Assembly: GCA_043819795.1 (NCBI GenBank)
Contig: JBDREN010000218.1
Location: 36,857 to 100,856, forward strand
DNA from: Elusimicrobiota bacterium
GTDB lineage: Bacteria > Elusimicrobiota > Elusimicrobia > UBA1565
DNA length: 64,000 nucleotides
Direction: 5' to 3'
Shown: piece after piece, positions 16,945-26,416 of the stretch
How positions within the stretch are numbered: position 1 is the first letter of the stretch
How the letters are laid out: each line of letters begins with the position of its first letter
Position numbers and translations under genes: made by a program
The notes under the pieces: model-generated
What the model was told of the DNA's origin: nothing
Database searches by the model: none
Seen by the model: the letters and a program-made list of their open reading frames with translations, nothing else

Positions 16945-19900
16945 GGCGGCTCGTTAAGCCCATCGTCGTGAGCGGCGTCCCGAACTCGGGCGCTTGGGCG
17001 CATCTCGCCCTCACCCTCTTGTATCCCGCCGGTCCCTCCGGGCCTTTGCGCGAGCGGCTGGGCGCCGGGCTCGCCGCTCCCCTGATCCTCGTCCGAGAGA
17101 GCGAGGAGGACCTCGAGGACGCGGCCGACGCTATCGAAGCTCTGAGCGCCGCGTTCCCGCCCCCGCAGGGAGCACGCCACGCCTTCTTCGGCGAGGACCC
17201 TCGCGGCCGCCTCGCGGCCCTGGAGCGCCTGCACCGGGGCGCCGGTCTGGTGCTGGCGACGGCCGCGGCGCTCGAGGTCCGCGTCCCCACGCGCGAGGAA
17301 TACGCCGGGCGGCGGACGACGGTCCGTCCGGGAGGGGGGCCGCCCCGCGGGGAGCTCCTCAAGCGCCTCGGGGCGCTCGGCTATCAGAGGGTCGATTTCG
17401 TCGAGAGTCCCGGCGAGTACGCCGCGCGGGGAGCCGTCGTCGATTTCTTTCCTGTCGAGCCGCCGGACGCGGTCCGCGTCGTCTACGATGTCGACACCGT
17501 GGAGTCGTTGCGAGGCTTCGATCCCCAGACACAGGCGACCCGTCCCGGATTCATGGAGGAGGCCGTGGTCGTCCCGGCCTGCGAGAGAGAGTTCCCCCGG
17601 ACGCTCGGGGAGGCCCTCGCCGAAGGGGGGACGTGGGTCGCCGAAGCCGGCCTCGCGATCCCGGGGACGCGGGGGAGGGTCCTTCTCGTCGGCCCGGCTC
17701 CGGGAGCGCGGGAGGAGGCGGTCGACTTCGGCGCGGTCTCGATCCCGCCGCTGGGCTTGGGATCCAGCGTCCCCGCCGGCGAGGCTCAGTCGTCCCAGCC
17801 CCTGGGCGACCGCGTCGGGGCGGCGGCGAGCCGCTGTCGAGAGTGGCGCCGCGAGGGGCTGAGGGTCATGCTCTTCTCGATGAACCGGGGAGAGGACGAG
17901 CGCGTCCAGGAGATGTTCGAGGGCTCTGTGCCCGCGGGGAGCGTCCAGTTCCTGATCGGGCCGCTGCGCCAGGGCTTCGTGAACCGTCCGAGGGGCCTCG
18001 CCGTTTTGACCTCGGCCGAGATCTTCGGGCGGTCTTACCGCAAAAGCCGGCTGCTGAAGCCGGTCGTCGCGGGGCGCGTCCGCGTGCGATGGCGCGAGCT
18101 CAAGAAGGGGGATTTCGTCGTCCATGAGCTCCACGGCATCGCCCGCTACCTAGGCTTGGAGGCCGTCGCCACGCCGGAGGGTCCCGGCGCCGGGGGCGTT
18201 CGCTCCTCGGAGGACGATCCCTCCGCCGGTCCGGCCGCGTCTCCTGCCGTGATGATGGACTGCCTGAGGCTCGAGTTCCGCGGCGGGGACACGCTCTTCA
18301 TCCCGATGACCGACTTCAGGAGCGTCCAGAAATACATCGGCTCCGAGGGCCACCGGCCCCGCCTCTCGTCGCTCGACACCAAGACCTGGAGCGAGGTCAA
18401 GGAGCGCGTCCGGGAGGCCGTACGGGAGCTGGCCGAGCGGCTCCTGAAGGTGCACGCGGCCCGCAGGGCCCTGCCGGGGCACGCGTTCCCGCCCGGCTCG
18501 CATATGGAGCACGAGTTCGCGGAATCGTTCCCTTTCGAGGAGACCCCCGACCAGCTCAAGGCGATCTCCGAGGTGGCGGCCGACATGACGGCCCCGCACC
18601 CGATGGACCGCATCGTCGTGGGGGACGTCGGCTTCGGCAAGACCGAGGTGGCGATGCGCGCGGCGCTCAAGTGCGTCGCCGGGCTGAAGCAGGCCGCGGT
18701 CCTCGTCCCGACCACGATCCTCGCGGACCAGCACACCCGCACCTTCCGGAAGCGCTTCGCGGAATATCCCCTCCGCATCGAGATGCTCTCCCGCTTCCAG
18801 ACCAAGGCCGAGCAGCGGGGGATCCTCCAGGACCTGGCGGCCGGCAAGATCGACGTCGTCATCGGCACCCACCGCCTCTTCCAGCCCGACGTGCGGTTCC
18901 GGGACCTGGGGCTTCTCGTCGTCGACGAGGAGCACCGGTTCGGCGTCAAGCACAAGGAGGCGCTGAAGTCCCTCAAGACGCACGTCGACTGCCTCACGCT
19001 TTCGGCCACGCCGATCCCGAGGACCCTCAATCAGGGGTTCTCCGGCCTGCGCGCAATCTCGCTGATCCAGAGCGCCCCCTCCGGACGCCAGCCGATCGTC
19101 ACGGAGGTCCTGGCCTTCGACGAGGCGCACGTGAAGGCGGCGGTAGAGGCCGAGCTCGCCCGCGGCGGGCAGGTCTTCTACGTGCACAACCGCGTCCGGT
19201 CCCTGCCGCAGGCCGAAGCGCGCCTGAAGAGCCTGCTTCCGGGCGCGCGCATCGCCGTCGCCCACGGCCAGATGCGCTCCGACCGTTTGGAGAGGACGAT
19301 GTGGGACTTCTTCAACCGCAAGTCCGATATCCTCGTGGCCTCCACCATCATCGAGTCCGGGCTGGACATCCCGTCGGTCAATACCTTGCTCATCGAGAAC
19401 GCCCAGGATTTCGGGCTCTCGCAGCTCTACCAGCTGCGGGGCCGGATCGGGCGCGAGCGCCAGCGCGCCTATTGCGCCCTCTACTACCCCGCCGACGTCA
19501 AGGAGTTCCGGGCGCTCAGCGAGGACGCTCGCAAGCGGCTCGAGGCCCTGCGCGAGTTCGGGGAGCTTGGCGCGGGCCTGGCGCTGGCCATGCGGGACCT
19601 CGAGATCCGCGGAGCCGGGGACCTGCTGGGAGCCAGGCAGCACGGATTTTTGAACGCGGTCGGCGTGGAGTTCTATTCGGAGCTTCTCGACGCGGAGGCC
19701 CAGAAGCTCCTCGGGCGCAAGCCGAAAGCCGTCGAGCCCAGGGCCGCCCATCTCGACGTGGCTGTCCCCGCCTACATCCCGGGCGATTTCCTCCCCGGGG
19801 ACCTGGAGCGCATCCAGTTCTACAAGCGGGTCCTCGCGGCCGACGAGGCGCGGATCGAGGACCTCCGGCGGGAGCTGATCGACCTGTCGGGGCCCCTGCC

Positions 19901-20243
19901 TCCGCCCGTGGAGAATCTTTTCCGCATCCTGCGCATCCGGACCACGGCCACCACGGTCGGCATCCGCTCGGTCGTGCAGCGGGGCTCCCGCGTCGAGATC
20001 TATTTCCGCCCGGACATGGAGGTGCCGATGCCGGCGATCACGCGCTGGATGAGCGTTTATCAGGATAGGATCGAGTTCGTGCGATCGCCGGAGGGCGACG
20101 GCCTGCGCGTGAGCCTCGGCTCGGAAGCCTCCGGCATCCGGGCCCCGCGGGCGGGGGCCCGCGGGACGGGTGTCCGCGGGGGAGGAGATCCCGTGCGATG
20201 GATCGCCGACTTCCTGGAGGGCCTCAAGCGCGCCCGGCCGTGA
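16941..20243 (+). CDS. mfd: transcription-repair coupling factor
   Basis: Superfamily-2 helicase motifs (GDVGFGKTEVAMRAA, VVDEEHRFGV). A TRG motif region. A CarD-like domain. TTG 16941 or GTG 16968 start. The track ORF 16038.. is an N-terminal over-extension through hemC in another frame. Confidence 0.85.
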   Translation: MRRLVKPIVVSGVPNSGAWAHLALTLLYPAGPSGPLRERLGAGLAAPLILVRESEEDLEDAADAIEALSAAFPPPQGARHAFFGEDPRGRLAALERLHRGAGLVLATAAALEVRVPTREEYAGRRTTVRPGGGPPRGELLKRLGALGYQRVDFVESPGEYAARGAVVDFFPVEPPDAVRVVYDVDTVESLRGFDPQTQATRPGFMEEAVVVPACEREFPRTLGEALAEGGTWVAEAGLAIPGTRGRVLLVGPAPGAREEAVDFGAVSIPPLGLGSSVPAGEAQSSQPLGDRVGAAASRCREWRREGLRVMLFSMNRGEDERVQEMFEGSVPAGSVQFLIGPLRQGFVNRPRGLAVLTSAEIFGRSYRKSRLLKPVVAGRVRVRWRELKKGDFVVHELHGIARYLGLEAVATPEGPGAGGVRSSEDDPSAGPAASPAVMMDCLRLEFRGGDTLFIPMTDFRSVQKYIGSEGHRPRLSSLDTKTWSEVKERVREAVRELAERLLKVHAARRALPGHAFPPGSHMEHEFAESFPFEETPDQLKAISEVAADMTAPHPMDRIVVGDVGFGKTEVAMRAALKCVAGLKQAAVLVPTTILADQHTRTFRKRFAEYPLRIEMLSRFQTKAEQRGILQDLAAGKIDVVIGTHRLFQPDVRFRDLGLLVVDEEHRFGVKHKEALKSLKTHVDCLTLSATPIPRTLNQGFSGLRAISLIQSAPSGRQPIVTEVLAFDEAHVKAAVEAELARGGQVFYVHNRVRSLPQAEARLKSLLPGARIAVAHGQMRSDRLERTMWDFFNRKSDILVASTIIESGLDIPSVNTLLIENAQDFGLSQLYQLRGRIGRERQRAYCALYYPADVKEFRALSEDARKRLEALREFGELGAGLALAMRDLEIRGAGDLLGARQHGFLNAVGVEFYSELLDAEAQKLLGRKPKAVEPRAAHLDVAVPAYIPGDFLPGDLERIQFYKRVLAADEARIEDLRRELIDLSGPLPPPVENLFRILRIRTTATTVGIRSVVQRGSRVEIYFRPDMEVPMPAITRWMSVYQDRIEFVRSPEGDGLRVSLGSEASGIRAPRAGARGTGVRGGGDPVRWIADFLEGLKRARP

Positions 20244-20261
20244 CCGCCGGATAAGGAAAAA

Positions 20262-21107
20262 ATGTTAGAGTATAGGCGTATGTATCGCATGGCATCCCTC
20301 CTGGCCCCCGTTGTCCTGCTCCTTGGGAGCTTATCCTGCCGCCGCTTCGAGACAGACGAGGTCGTCGCCCGCGTCGGCAAGTCGGCGATCACTCAGTCGG
20401 AGTTCCGCCGCAAGCTGGAGGAGGTGGCTCCCGGATATCAGGACTACGTCCTGACGCCGCACGGCCGCCGGCAGTTCCTCGACGTGCTCATCCGGGAGAA
20501 GCTGATCATCGAGGCGGCCCGGGCCGACGGCGTGGACGGCTCCCCCGAATTCAAGGACCGCATGATCCAGCTGCGCAAGGAGGAGGAGGAGAAGATCCGC
20601 GAGGCGCGGGACTATCTGCTGGCGCGCCTGTGGCTCGACCGCCTGCGGGAGAAAGGGGTGATCGGCGTTACCGACGATGAGGTGCGCGACTTCCACCGCA
20701 GGCATGACGGGGAGGTCGTCGCGCGCCATATCCTTCTGGCGACGGCCGCGGAGGCGGAGGCCGTGCTCAAGCGGATCCGCCTCGGCGCTTCGTTCGCGCA
20801 GGAGGCGAAGATGCGGTCGCTCGACGCCGATACGGCGGGGCAGGGCGGGCGGATGAGCCCGGCGCTCTACGGGGAGATCCTCCCGGATCTGGGCGTCCTT
20901 TTTAAGATGGGGGTCGGGGAGCTCGGCGGGCCGGTCCGCAGCACCTTCGGGTACCATGTCCTGCTCAAGGAGGGCGCGCGCAAAGTCCCGCTCCATTCCA
21001 GCAAAGACCGGATCCGCAGCATACTCGAAAAACAGAAGCTGGACCGCCATCTGCAGTCCCTGCAGGCGTCCTATCGTGTGGAGGTTGTCGATGCTCAGCT
21101 TGAATAA
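20262..21107 (+). CDS. parvulin-type peptidyl-prolyl cis-trans isomerase (SurA/PrsA-like)
   Basis: Signal peptide. PpiC domain (HILLATAAEAEAVLKRIRLGASF ... FGYHVLLKEG). Confidence 0.7.
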   Translation: MLEYRRMYRMASLLAPVVLLLGSLSCRRFETDEVVARVGKSAITQSEFRRKLEEVAPGYQDYVLTPHGRRQFLDVLIREKLIIEAARADGVDGSPEFKDRMIQLRKEEEEKIREARDYLLARLWLDRLREKGVIGVTDDEVRDFHRRHDGEVVARHILLATAAEAEAVLKRIRLGASFAQEAKMRSLDADTAGQGGRMSPALYGEILPDLGVLFKMGVGELGGPVRSTFGYHVLLKEGARKVPLHSSKDRIRSILEKQKLDRHLQSLQASYRVEVVDAQLE

Positions 21108-22200
21108 GTCGTTGCTCGCCGCGGCGCTCTTCGCCGCCGGGACCCCCATCCTCGCCTCGGCCAAGGTGTTCGAGGATGTCGTCGCCAAGGTGAACGGCAA
21201 GCCGCTGCTCCTCTCCGAGTACCGGAAGAACCTCCGCTCGGTCCTGGACAACTACCAGCGGAACATGCCGGACCTCCTTCGCGACGAAGCGACGGTCGTG
21301 GAGATCCGTCAGAAGGTCCTGGAGCAGATGATCGACGACGAGGTGCTGGCCCAGGAGGCGGAAGCCTCGGCCGTGAAGATGCACGACCGCGAGCTGGAGA
21401 AGGGGGTCCAGGAGGTCCGGGAGCGCAGCTTCCGCATGGATGAGGCGACGGGGGAGCGCCGCTCGGACGACGAGATGGAGAAGGCCCTGAGGGCTGAGCT
21501 GGAAAAAGAGGGGCTGTCCGAGGACCAGTTCCGGGACCGCATCCGCCGGCAGCTCAAGATCCGGAAGGTCGTGGAGCAGAAGGTCGCCGCGAACCTCAAA
21601 GAGCCGGACGAGGAAGCCATCAAGGCGGCGTATGACAAGTTCAAGTTCATCGTGAAGGGGGATACCGACGTCGTCAAAGGGCTTCCCGAGGAGGAGGCCC
21701 AGGCGTATACCGCCTTCGGCTTCCGCCTCCGCGACAACCATTCGGAGCGCGTCCGGCTCTCGCACATACTGGTGAAGACGTCGGGCGTCGCCTCGATGGT
21801 GGCCAAGAACAAGTCCCTTCAGGAGGTTAAGCGGATCAAGAAACGGCTCGACGAGGGCGCCGATTTCTACGAGGTGGCCAAAGAGGAGTCCAACGATCTC
21901 GAGAGCGCCCCCCGCGGCGGGGACCTGGGCTGGATCCTGCGCGGCTGGATGCCCAAGACCTTCGAGGATGCCGCGTTCTCGCTCCCGGTCGGCGAGGTCA
22001 GCGAGCCGGTGGAGAGCGACTTCGGCTTTCACCTGATCCGGGTGCAGGAGAAGAAGGCGAAGGAATCCTTCAACTACGACAAGCTGCGTCTCGGGGTCAA
22101 GGAGTTCCTCCACAACCTCAACTACCAGCGGGGTCTCCAGGCTCTCGTGAAGCGCCTGCGCGAGAAGGCGACGCTCGAGCGCATGCTCCCTGCTGAATAA
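21091..22200 (+). CDS. SurA-like periplasmic chaperone / parvulin PPIase
   Basis: Signal peptide MLSLNKSLLAAALFAAG. SurA N-domain-like region. PpiC domain (HILVKTSG ... GDLGWILRGWMPKTFEDAAFSLPVGEVSEPVESDFGFHLIRV). Confidence 0.7.
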   Translation: MLSLNKSLLAAALFAAGTPILASAKVFEDVVAKVNGKPLLLSEYRKNLRSVLDNYQRNMPDLLRDEATVVEIRQKVLEQMIDDEVLAQEAEASAVKMHDRELEKGVQEVRERSFRMDEATGERRSDDEMEKALRAELEKEGLSEDQFRDRIRRQLKIRKVVEQKVAANLKEPDEEAIKAAYDKFKFIVKGDTDVVKGLPEEEAQAYTAFGFRLRDNHSERVRLSHILVKTSGVASMVAKNKSLQEVKRIKKRLDEGADFYEVAKEESNDLESAPRGGDLGWILRGWMPKTFEDAAFSLPVGEVSEPVESDFGFHLIRVQEKKAKESFNYDKLRLGVKEFLHNLNYQRGLQALVKRLREKATLERMLPAE

Positions 22201-22267
22201 GTCCATTTTTCAGCCGGGCTCCGGCGTTGACTTATCCGGCTTGGGGGTCGGGCCTCTGTCACGATCA

Positions 22268-23179
22268 ATGACCCGCGCGTCGAGCTTCCTGTCCGCCCTC
22301 CTGCTGTCGGCCGCCGCTTCCCCGGGCGCGGCCGTCCCGCCTGCGGCGGGACTGCGCGGCTCGACGGCTCCCGTGGCCGCGACTGCCCCGCCTTCGGCGG
22401 AGACCATCAGTCCCATCGCCGCCGCGGCCACCCCGCCTTCGGCGGGACTGCGCGGCTCGACGATTCCCATAGCCGCGGCCAGGCCGGGTCCGAGCGTCTA
22501 CGAGATCGTCGACAGGGCCAACAAGCTTTTGCGCGGCGACTCGAGCCACGGGCGCCTCACGATGACCGTGGTCACGCCGTCGTGGACCCGCGAGCTCGAG
22601 ATCGAGGGATGGAACCAGGGCCGCCGCAAGGCCTTCATCCTCATCCACGCCCCGCCCAAAGAGAAGGGGACTACGACGCTGCGCCGCGGCGGCGAGATGT
22701 GGATGTGGATGCCCCGAGTGGAGCGGCTCCTCAAGATACCGCCCACGATGATGCACTCCTCGTGGCAGGGCTCGGATTTCACCTACGAGGACATCGTGAA
22801 GGCGGACTCGGTCGTCAAGGACTACACGCACCGCCTTCTTCGCACGACGCCGGGCAAGCCCTATGAGACGCGCCTCATCGAGGCCTTGCCCAAGCCGGAC
22901 GCCCCGGTCGTATGGGGGAAGGTGCTGCTCACGCTCGGCGTCTATCCGGACGGATGGGTGATCCCGGTGAAAGAGGAGCATTACAGCGAGCGCGGGGAGC
23001 TCATCCGGACGATCGCGCTCGACCGAGTCAAGGTCATGGGCGGCAGGCGCGTGCCCACCCGGCTCACGTGCGTTTCCGAGCGCAGGCCGGGCCGCCGGAC
23101 GGTGCTCGAGTACCACGCGCTTGATTTCGGCCTCGAGCTGCCGGACTCCTTCTTCAGCCTGAGCCGCCTCCAAAGATGA
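22268..23179 (+). CDS. LolA-like outer-membrane lipoprotein-sorting protein (DUF4292/LolA_like) with Ala/Pro-rich tandem N-terminal repeat
   Basis: Signal peptide. A 45-nt direct repeat encodes AAGLRGSTAPVAA. The C-terminal domain pattern matches LolA-like proteins that accompany FtsX permeases. Confidence 0.5.
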   Translation: MTRASSFLSALLLSAAASPGAAVPPAAGLRGSTAPVAATAPPSAETISPIAAAATPPSAGLRGSTIPIAAARPGPSVYEIVDRANKLLRGDSSHGRLTMTVVTPSWTRELEIEGWNQGRRKAFILIHAPPKEKGTTTLRRGGEMWMWMPRVERLLKIPPTMMHSSWQGSDFTYEDIVKADSVVKDYTHRLLRTTPGKPYETRLIEALPKPDAPVVWGKVLLTLGVYPDGWVIPVKEEHYSERGELIRTIALDRVKVMGGRRVPTRLTCVSERRPGRRTVLEYHALDFGLELPDSFFSLSRLQR

Positions 23180-24414
23180 GCTCGCGCGTCCGCGGGGTCC
23201 TGCTGACGCTGGCCTGGCGCAACGTGTGGCGCAACCGCCGGCGCACGCTTATCACGGTGCTCTCGATCGGGTCGGGCCTGGCCGCGCTGCTCTTCGGCCA
23301 GAGCCTGATCAAGACCATCCAGTATCAGCTCATCCGGAAGGCGACGGGGACGTTCACCTCGCACATCCAGGTCCTCGCCGAGGGGGTCGAGGACTTGAAG
23401 TTCCCGGACCGCTACATGGAGGACCCGGCCGGGATCGAGAGCGCCCTGCGCGGGGTCGCCGGGATAGAGGCCCTGGAGCGGCGGGTGCACGTGACCGGGC
23501 TGATCTCGTCCAAGAAGGAGTCGGCGGGCGTGCTGATCTGCGGCATCGAGCCGGAGCGGGACCGCCGTGTGCTGAGCATGCATACCTACCTCACGCGGGG
23601 CCGCCACCTGGGCGCGGAGCCGGACGGCATCTATCTCGGAGACAAGCTCGCCGATCACCTGGGGGTCGACCTCGGCGACGAGGTCGTCGTGATGAGCTCG
23701 GCGGTGGACGGCAGCCTCGGCGCCGAGCTGTTCACGCTCACCGGGATCTTCCACTCGGGGAGCCACACCTTCGACAACTCGATCGTCTACGTCCCGCTCG
23801 AGACGGCGCAGGGCATGCTCGCTGTGGGCGACCGGATCAACAACCTCGCGATCCGCGCCGGCGATCCGCTGCGGCTTTCCGAGACGCGCGAGGCCGTCGC
23901 CCGGGCGCTCGACGGCCGCCCCGTGCAGGTGCGGACCTGGGCGGACATCGACTACGAGCTCGTGGCCATCCGGGACTACGAGGACGCCCTGCTCTCGATC
24001 GTCCTGCTCGTCGTGTTCGCGATCGTCGCGCTCGGGATCCTGAACACCCTCCTGATGGCGATGTTCGAGCGCGTGCGCGAGTTCGGCGTGCTCATGGCGA
24101 TGGGCGCGCGGCCGGGGGTCATCCGCCGCCTCGTGATCCTGGAGTCCTGCATCCTGGGGGCGCTCGGGGCCGCCTTCGGCCTCGCCGTCGGGTGCGGCCT
24201 GATCGCGTTCTACGGGCGGACGGGCCTCGAGCTCCCGGTCGGAGACGCCATCGCCTACTTCATGCCCTTCGACGCGAAGCTCTTCCTGCGCTTCAACTGG
24301 GGCAGCCACGCAGTGGCGCTGGGCGCGGTGCTCCTCACGAGCGTGCTCTCGGCGATTCCTCCCGCGTTGCGCGCGTCGCGGACGAGCCCCGTGGAGGCGC
24401 TGCGGCACTTATGA
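23176..24414 (+). CDS. ABC transporter permease, FtsX/LolCE-like
   Basis: N-terminal TM (LTLAWRNVWRNRRRTLITVLSIGSGLAALLFG). Large periplasmic domain. C-terminal 3-TM FtsX domain. Confidence 0.8.
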   Translation: MSSRVRGVLLTLAWRNVWRNRRRTLITVLSIGSGLAALLFGQSLIKTIQYQLIRKATGTFTSHIQVLAEGVEDLKFPDRYMEDPAGIESALRGVAGIEALERRVHVTGLISSKKESAGVLICGIEPERDRRVLSMHTYLTRGRHLGAEPDGIYLGDKLADHLGVDLGDEVVVMSSAVDGSLGAELFTLTGIFHSGSHTFDNSIVYVPLETAQGMLAVGDRINNLAIRAGDPLRLSETREAVARALDGRPVQVRTWADIDYELVAIRDYEDALLSIVLLVVFAIVALGILNTLLMAMFERVREFGVLMAMGARPGVIRRLVILESCILGALGAAFGLAVGCGLIAFYGRTGLELPVGDAIAYFMPFDAKLFLRFNWGSHAVALGAVLLTSVLSAIPPALRASRTSPVEALRHL

Positions 24415-24432
24415 GAGGAGGAGGATAAGAGC

Positions 24433-25650
24433 TTGCTCCTGCGTCTGGCCTGGCGGAACCTCTGGCGCAACCGCCGCCGCAGCCTGCTGACCGTCTCCTC
24501 CATCGCGGTCGGCTTGGCCGCGGTCATGTTCGGGCAGAGCCTGATCCGGTCCTTCCAGCGCCAGATGATCGAGAAGTCGACCGGGGTGATGCTCGGGCAC
24601 GTGCAGGTCCAGGCCGCCGGCGTGCAAAACCGCAGGATCCCCGAGAAGCTCCTCTCGAATCCGGAGCGTTTCCGCGAGATACTGGCGGCCGATCCCCGCG
24701 TGGCCGCGGTGGGCTCCCGGCTCCTCTATACCGGGCTCGTCTACTCGGCCGTGGGCTCGCGCGGCGTCCTGGTCGTGGGGGTGGAGCCCGATGCCGAGCG
24801 GGACATATCGATCCTGCCCGGGTACCTGACGGACGGCCGGTATCTGGGCGAGTCGAAGCGGGACATCTTCCTGGGCGACAAGCTGGCGGGCGACCTCGAC
24901 GTGCGCCTTGGCGAGCGGCTGGTCGTGATGGCCCAGAGCGGGGACGGCGAGATGAACTCGGAGCTCTTCCGCGTGGCGGGCGTCTACCATACGGGCAGCA
25001 CGGCCTACGACGGCCAGATCGTCTACGTGCCCATCGAGGCGGCGCGGGGGATACGCGGCCTCTCCGGCGAGGCGAGCCACGTGGTCGCCAGGCTCGATGA
25101 CGTGCGCAAGGCCGGGCGTCTTAGCGCCGATCTGCGGGCGAAGCTGGATGATCCGTCCGTGGTGGCGCTGACCTACAGGGACGTCGGCTCCGAGGTGGTG
25201 GGCATCAAGAAGTTCCAGGACGGCCTGCTCGTCGTCATCCTGATCGTCATCTTCGCCATCGTGGGCCTCGGGATCCTCAACTCGATCTCCATGTCGTTCT
25301 TCGAGCGCATCCGCGAGTTCGGCGTGCTGCGCGCGATCGGCGCCCGCCCGGCTCTCGTGCGCCGGGTCCTCCTGGCGGAGGCGGCCCTCATGGGGCTGAT
25401 CGGGACGTGTCTCGGCTTCGCGGCCGGCCTGGGCCTGATCTGGGCCTTCGGGACCTGGGGGCTCGAGCTTCCCGTGGGCAAGGCGATGTCTTACTTCATC
25501 CCTTTCGAGGACGTCATCTACATGCGTCCGGTCTGGGGGATGCACCTTTGGTCGGCGCTGGGGGTCTTCTGCGTCTGCCTGGCCGCGTCCGTGGGGCCGG
25601 CGGCGCGCGGCTCGCGCCTCGTCGTGACGGCGGCGCTGCGGCATGTATGA
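24433..25650 (+). CDS. ABC transporter permease, FtsX/LolCE-like (paralog)
   Basis: TTG start with strong AGGAGG RBS. Same architecture as the upstream gene. Confidence 0.8.
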   Translation: MLLRLAWRNLWRNRRRSLLTVSSIAVGLAAVMFGQSLIRSFQRQMIEKSTGVMLGHVQVQAAGVQNRRIPEKLLSNPERFREILAADPRVAAVGSRLLYTGLVYSAVGSRGVLVVGVEPDAERDISILPGYLTDGRYLGESKRDIFLGDKLAGDLDVRLGERLVVMAQSGDGEMNSELFRVAGVYHTGSTAYDGQIVYVPIEAARGIRGLSGEASHVVARLDDVRKAGRLSADLRAKLDDPSVVALTYRDVGSEVVGIKKFQDGLLVVILIVIFAIVGLGILNSISMSFFERIREFGVLRAIGARPALVRRVLLAEAALMGLIGTCLGFAAGLGLIWAFGTWGLELPVGKAMSYFIPFEDVIYMRPVWGMHLWSALGVFCVCLAASVGPAARGSRLVVTAALRHV

Positions 25651-25669
25651 TAAACTGAGGTAACGGAAA

Positions 25670-26416
25670 ATGGAGCCTTTGATCCAGCTGAAGAACGTGT
25701 CCAAGGTCTACGGGGGCGGCCCCGCGGCCCTGTCGGCGTGGGGGCGGTTCAAGCGCCTGGGGGGGGGAGCCGCGCCGGGCCTGGCGGTCACCGCCTTGCG
25801 GCACGTGGCCATGGAGGTAGGCCGCGGGGAGTTCACCGCCATCGCCGGGCCTTCCGGCTCCGGCAAGTCGACTTTGCTCAACATCATCGGCACGATCGAC
25901 TCCCCGACCCGCGGCGAGGTCTTCTACGAGGGACGCCGGGTCTCCAGCCTGAGCCAGGACCAGCTCGCGGATTTCCGCCTGCGCTCTTTGGGCTTCGTGT
26001 TCCAGGCTTTCAACCTGCTCCCGGTCCTGACCGCGCTCGAGAACGTGGAGTACGTGCTGGCCCTGCAGAACGTGCCCCCCGCGGAGCGCCTGGAGCGCGC
26101 CCACGAGGCGCTCAAGTGGGTCGGCATCGAGGGGCAGGCCCACCGGCGTCCCGACCTCCTCTCCGGAGGGCAGCAGCAGCGCGTGGCGGTGGCGCGCGCC
26201 ATCGTCCACCGCCCGATGGTGGTGCTGGCCGACGAGCCCACGGCCAACCTCGACTCGAAGACGGCCGAGGCGCTTTTGGACCTGATGGCGAAACTCAACG
26301 AGGACCACGGCGTGACGTTCCTCTTCTCGAGCCACGATCCCCGGGTCCTCTCCCGCGCGCGGCGGGTCCTCTCGATACACGACGGCCGCCTGGGGGACGC
26401 GGACAAAGCGCGGTGA
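25670..26416 (+). CDS. ABC transporter ATP-binding protein (LolD/MacB-type)
   Basis: Walker A GPSGSGKST. Signature LSGGQQQRVAVARA. Walker B VVLADEPTANLD. Confidence 0.9.
   Translation: MEPLIQLKNVSKVYGGGPAALSAWGRFKRLGGGAAPGLAVTALRHVAMEVGRGEFTAIAGPSGSGKSTLLNIIGTIDSPTRGEVFYEGRRVSSLSQDQLADFRLRSLGFVFQAFNLLPVLTALENVEYVLALQNVPPAERLERAHEALKWVGIEGQAHRRPDLLSGGQQQRVAVARAIVHRPMVVLADEPTANLDSKTAEALLDLMAKLNEDHGVTFLFSSHDPRVLSRARRVLSIHDGRLGDADKAR

Noticed and set aside
18150-19751. 533-aa minus ORF
   Set aside because: Antisense to mfd. No recognisable domains.
16038-20243. 1401-aa ORF as a single gene
   Set aside because: The N-terminal 300 codons overlap hemC in another frame and are Arg/Gly-rich nonsense. 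Mfd homology begins near 16941.
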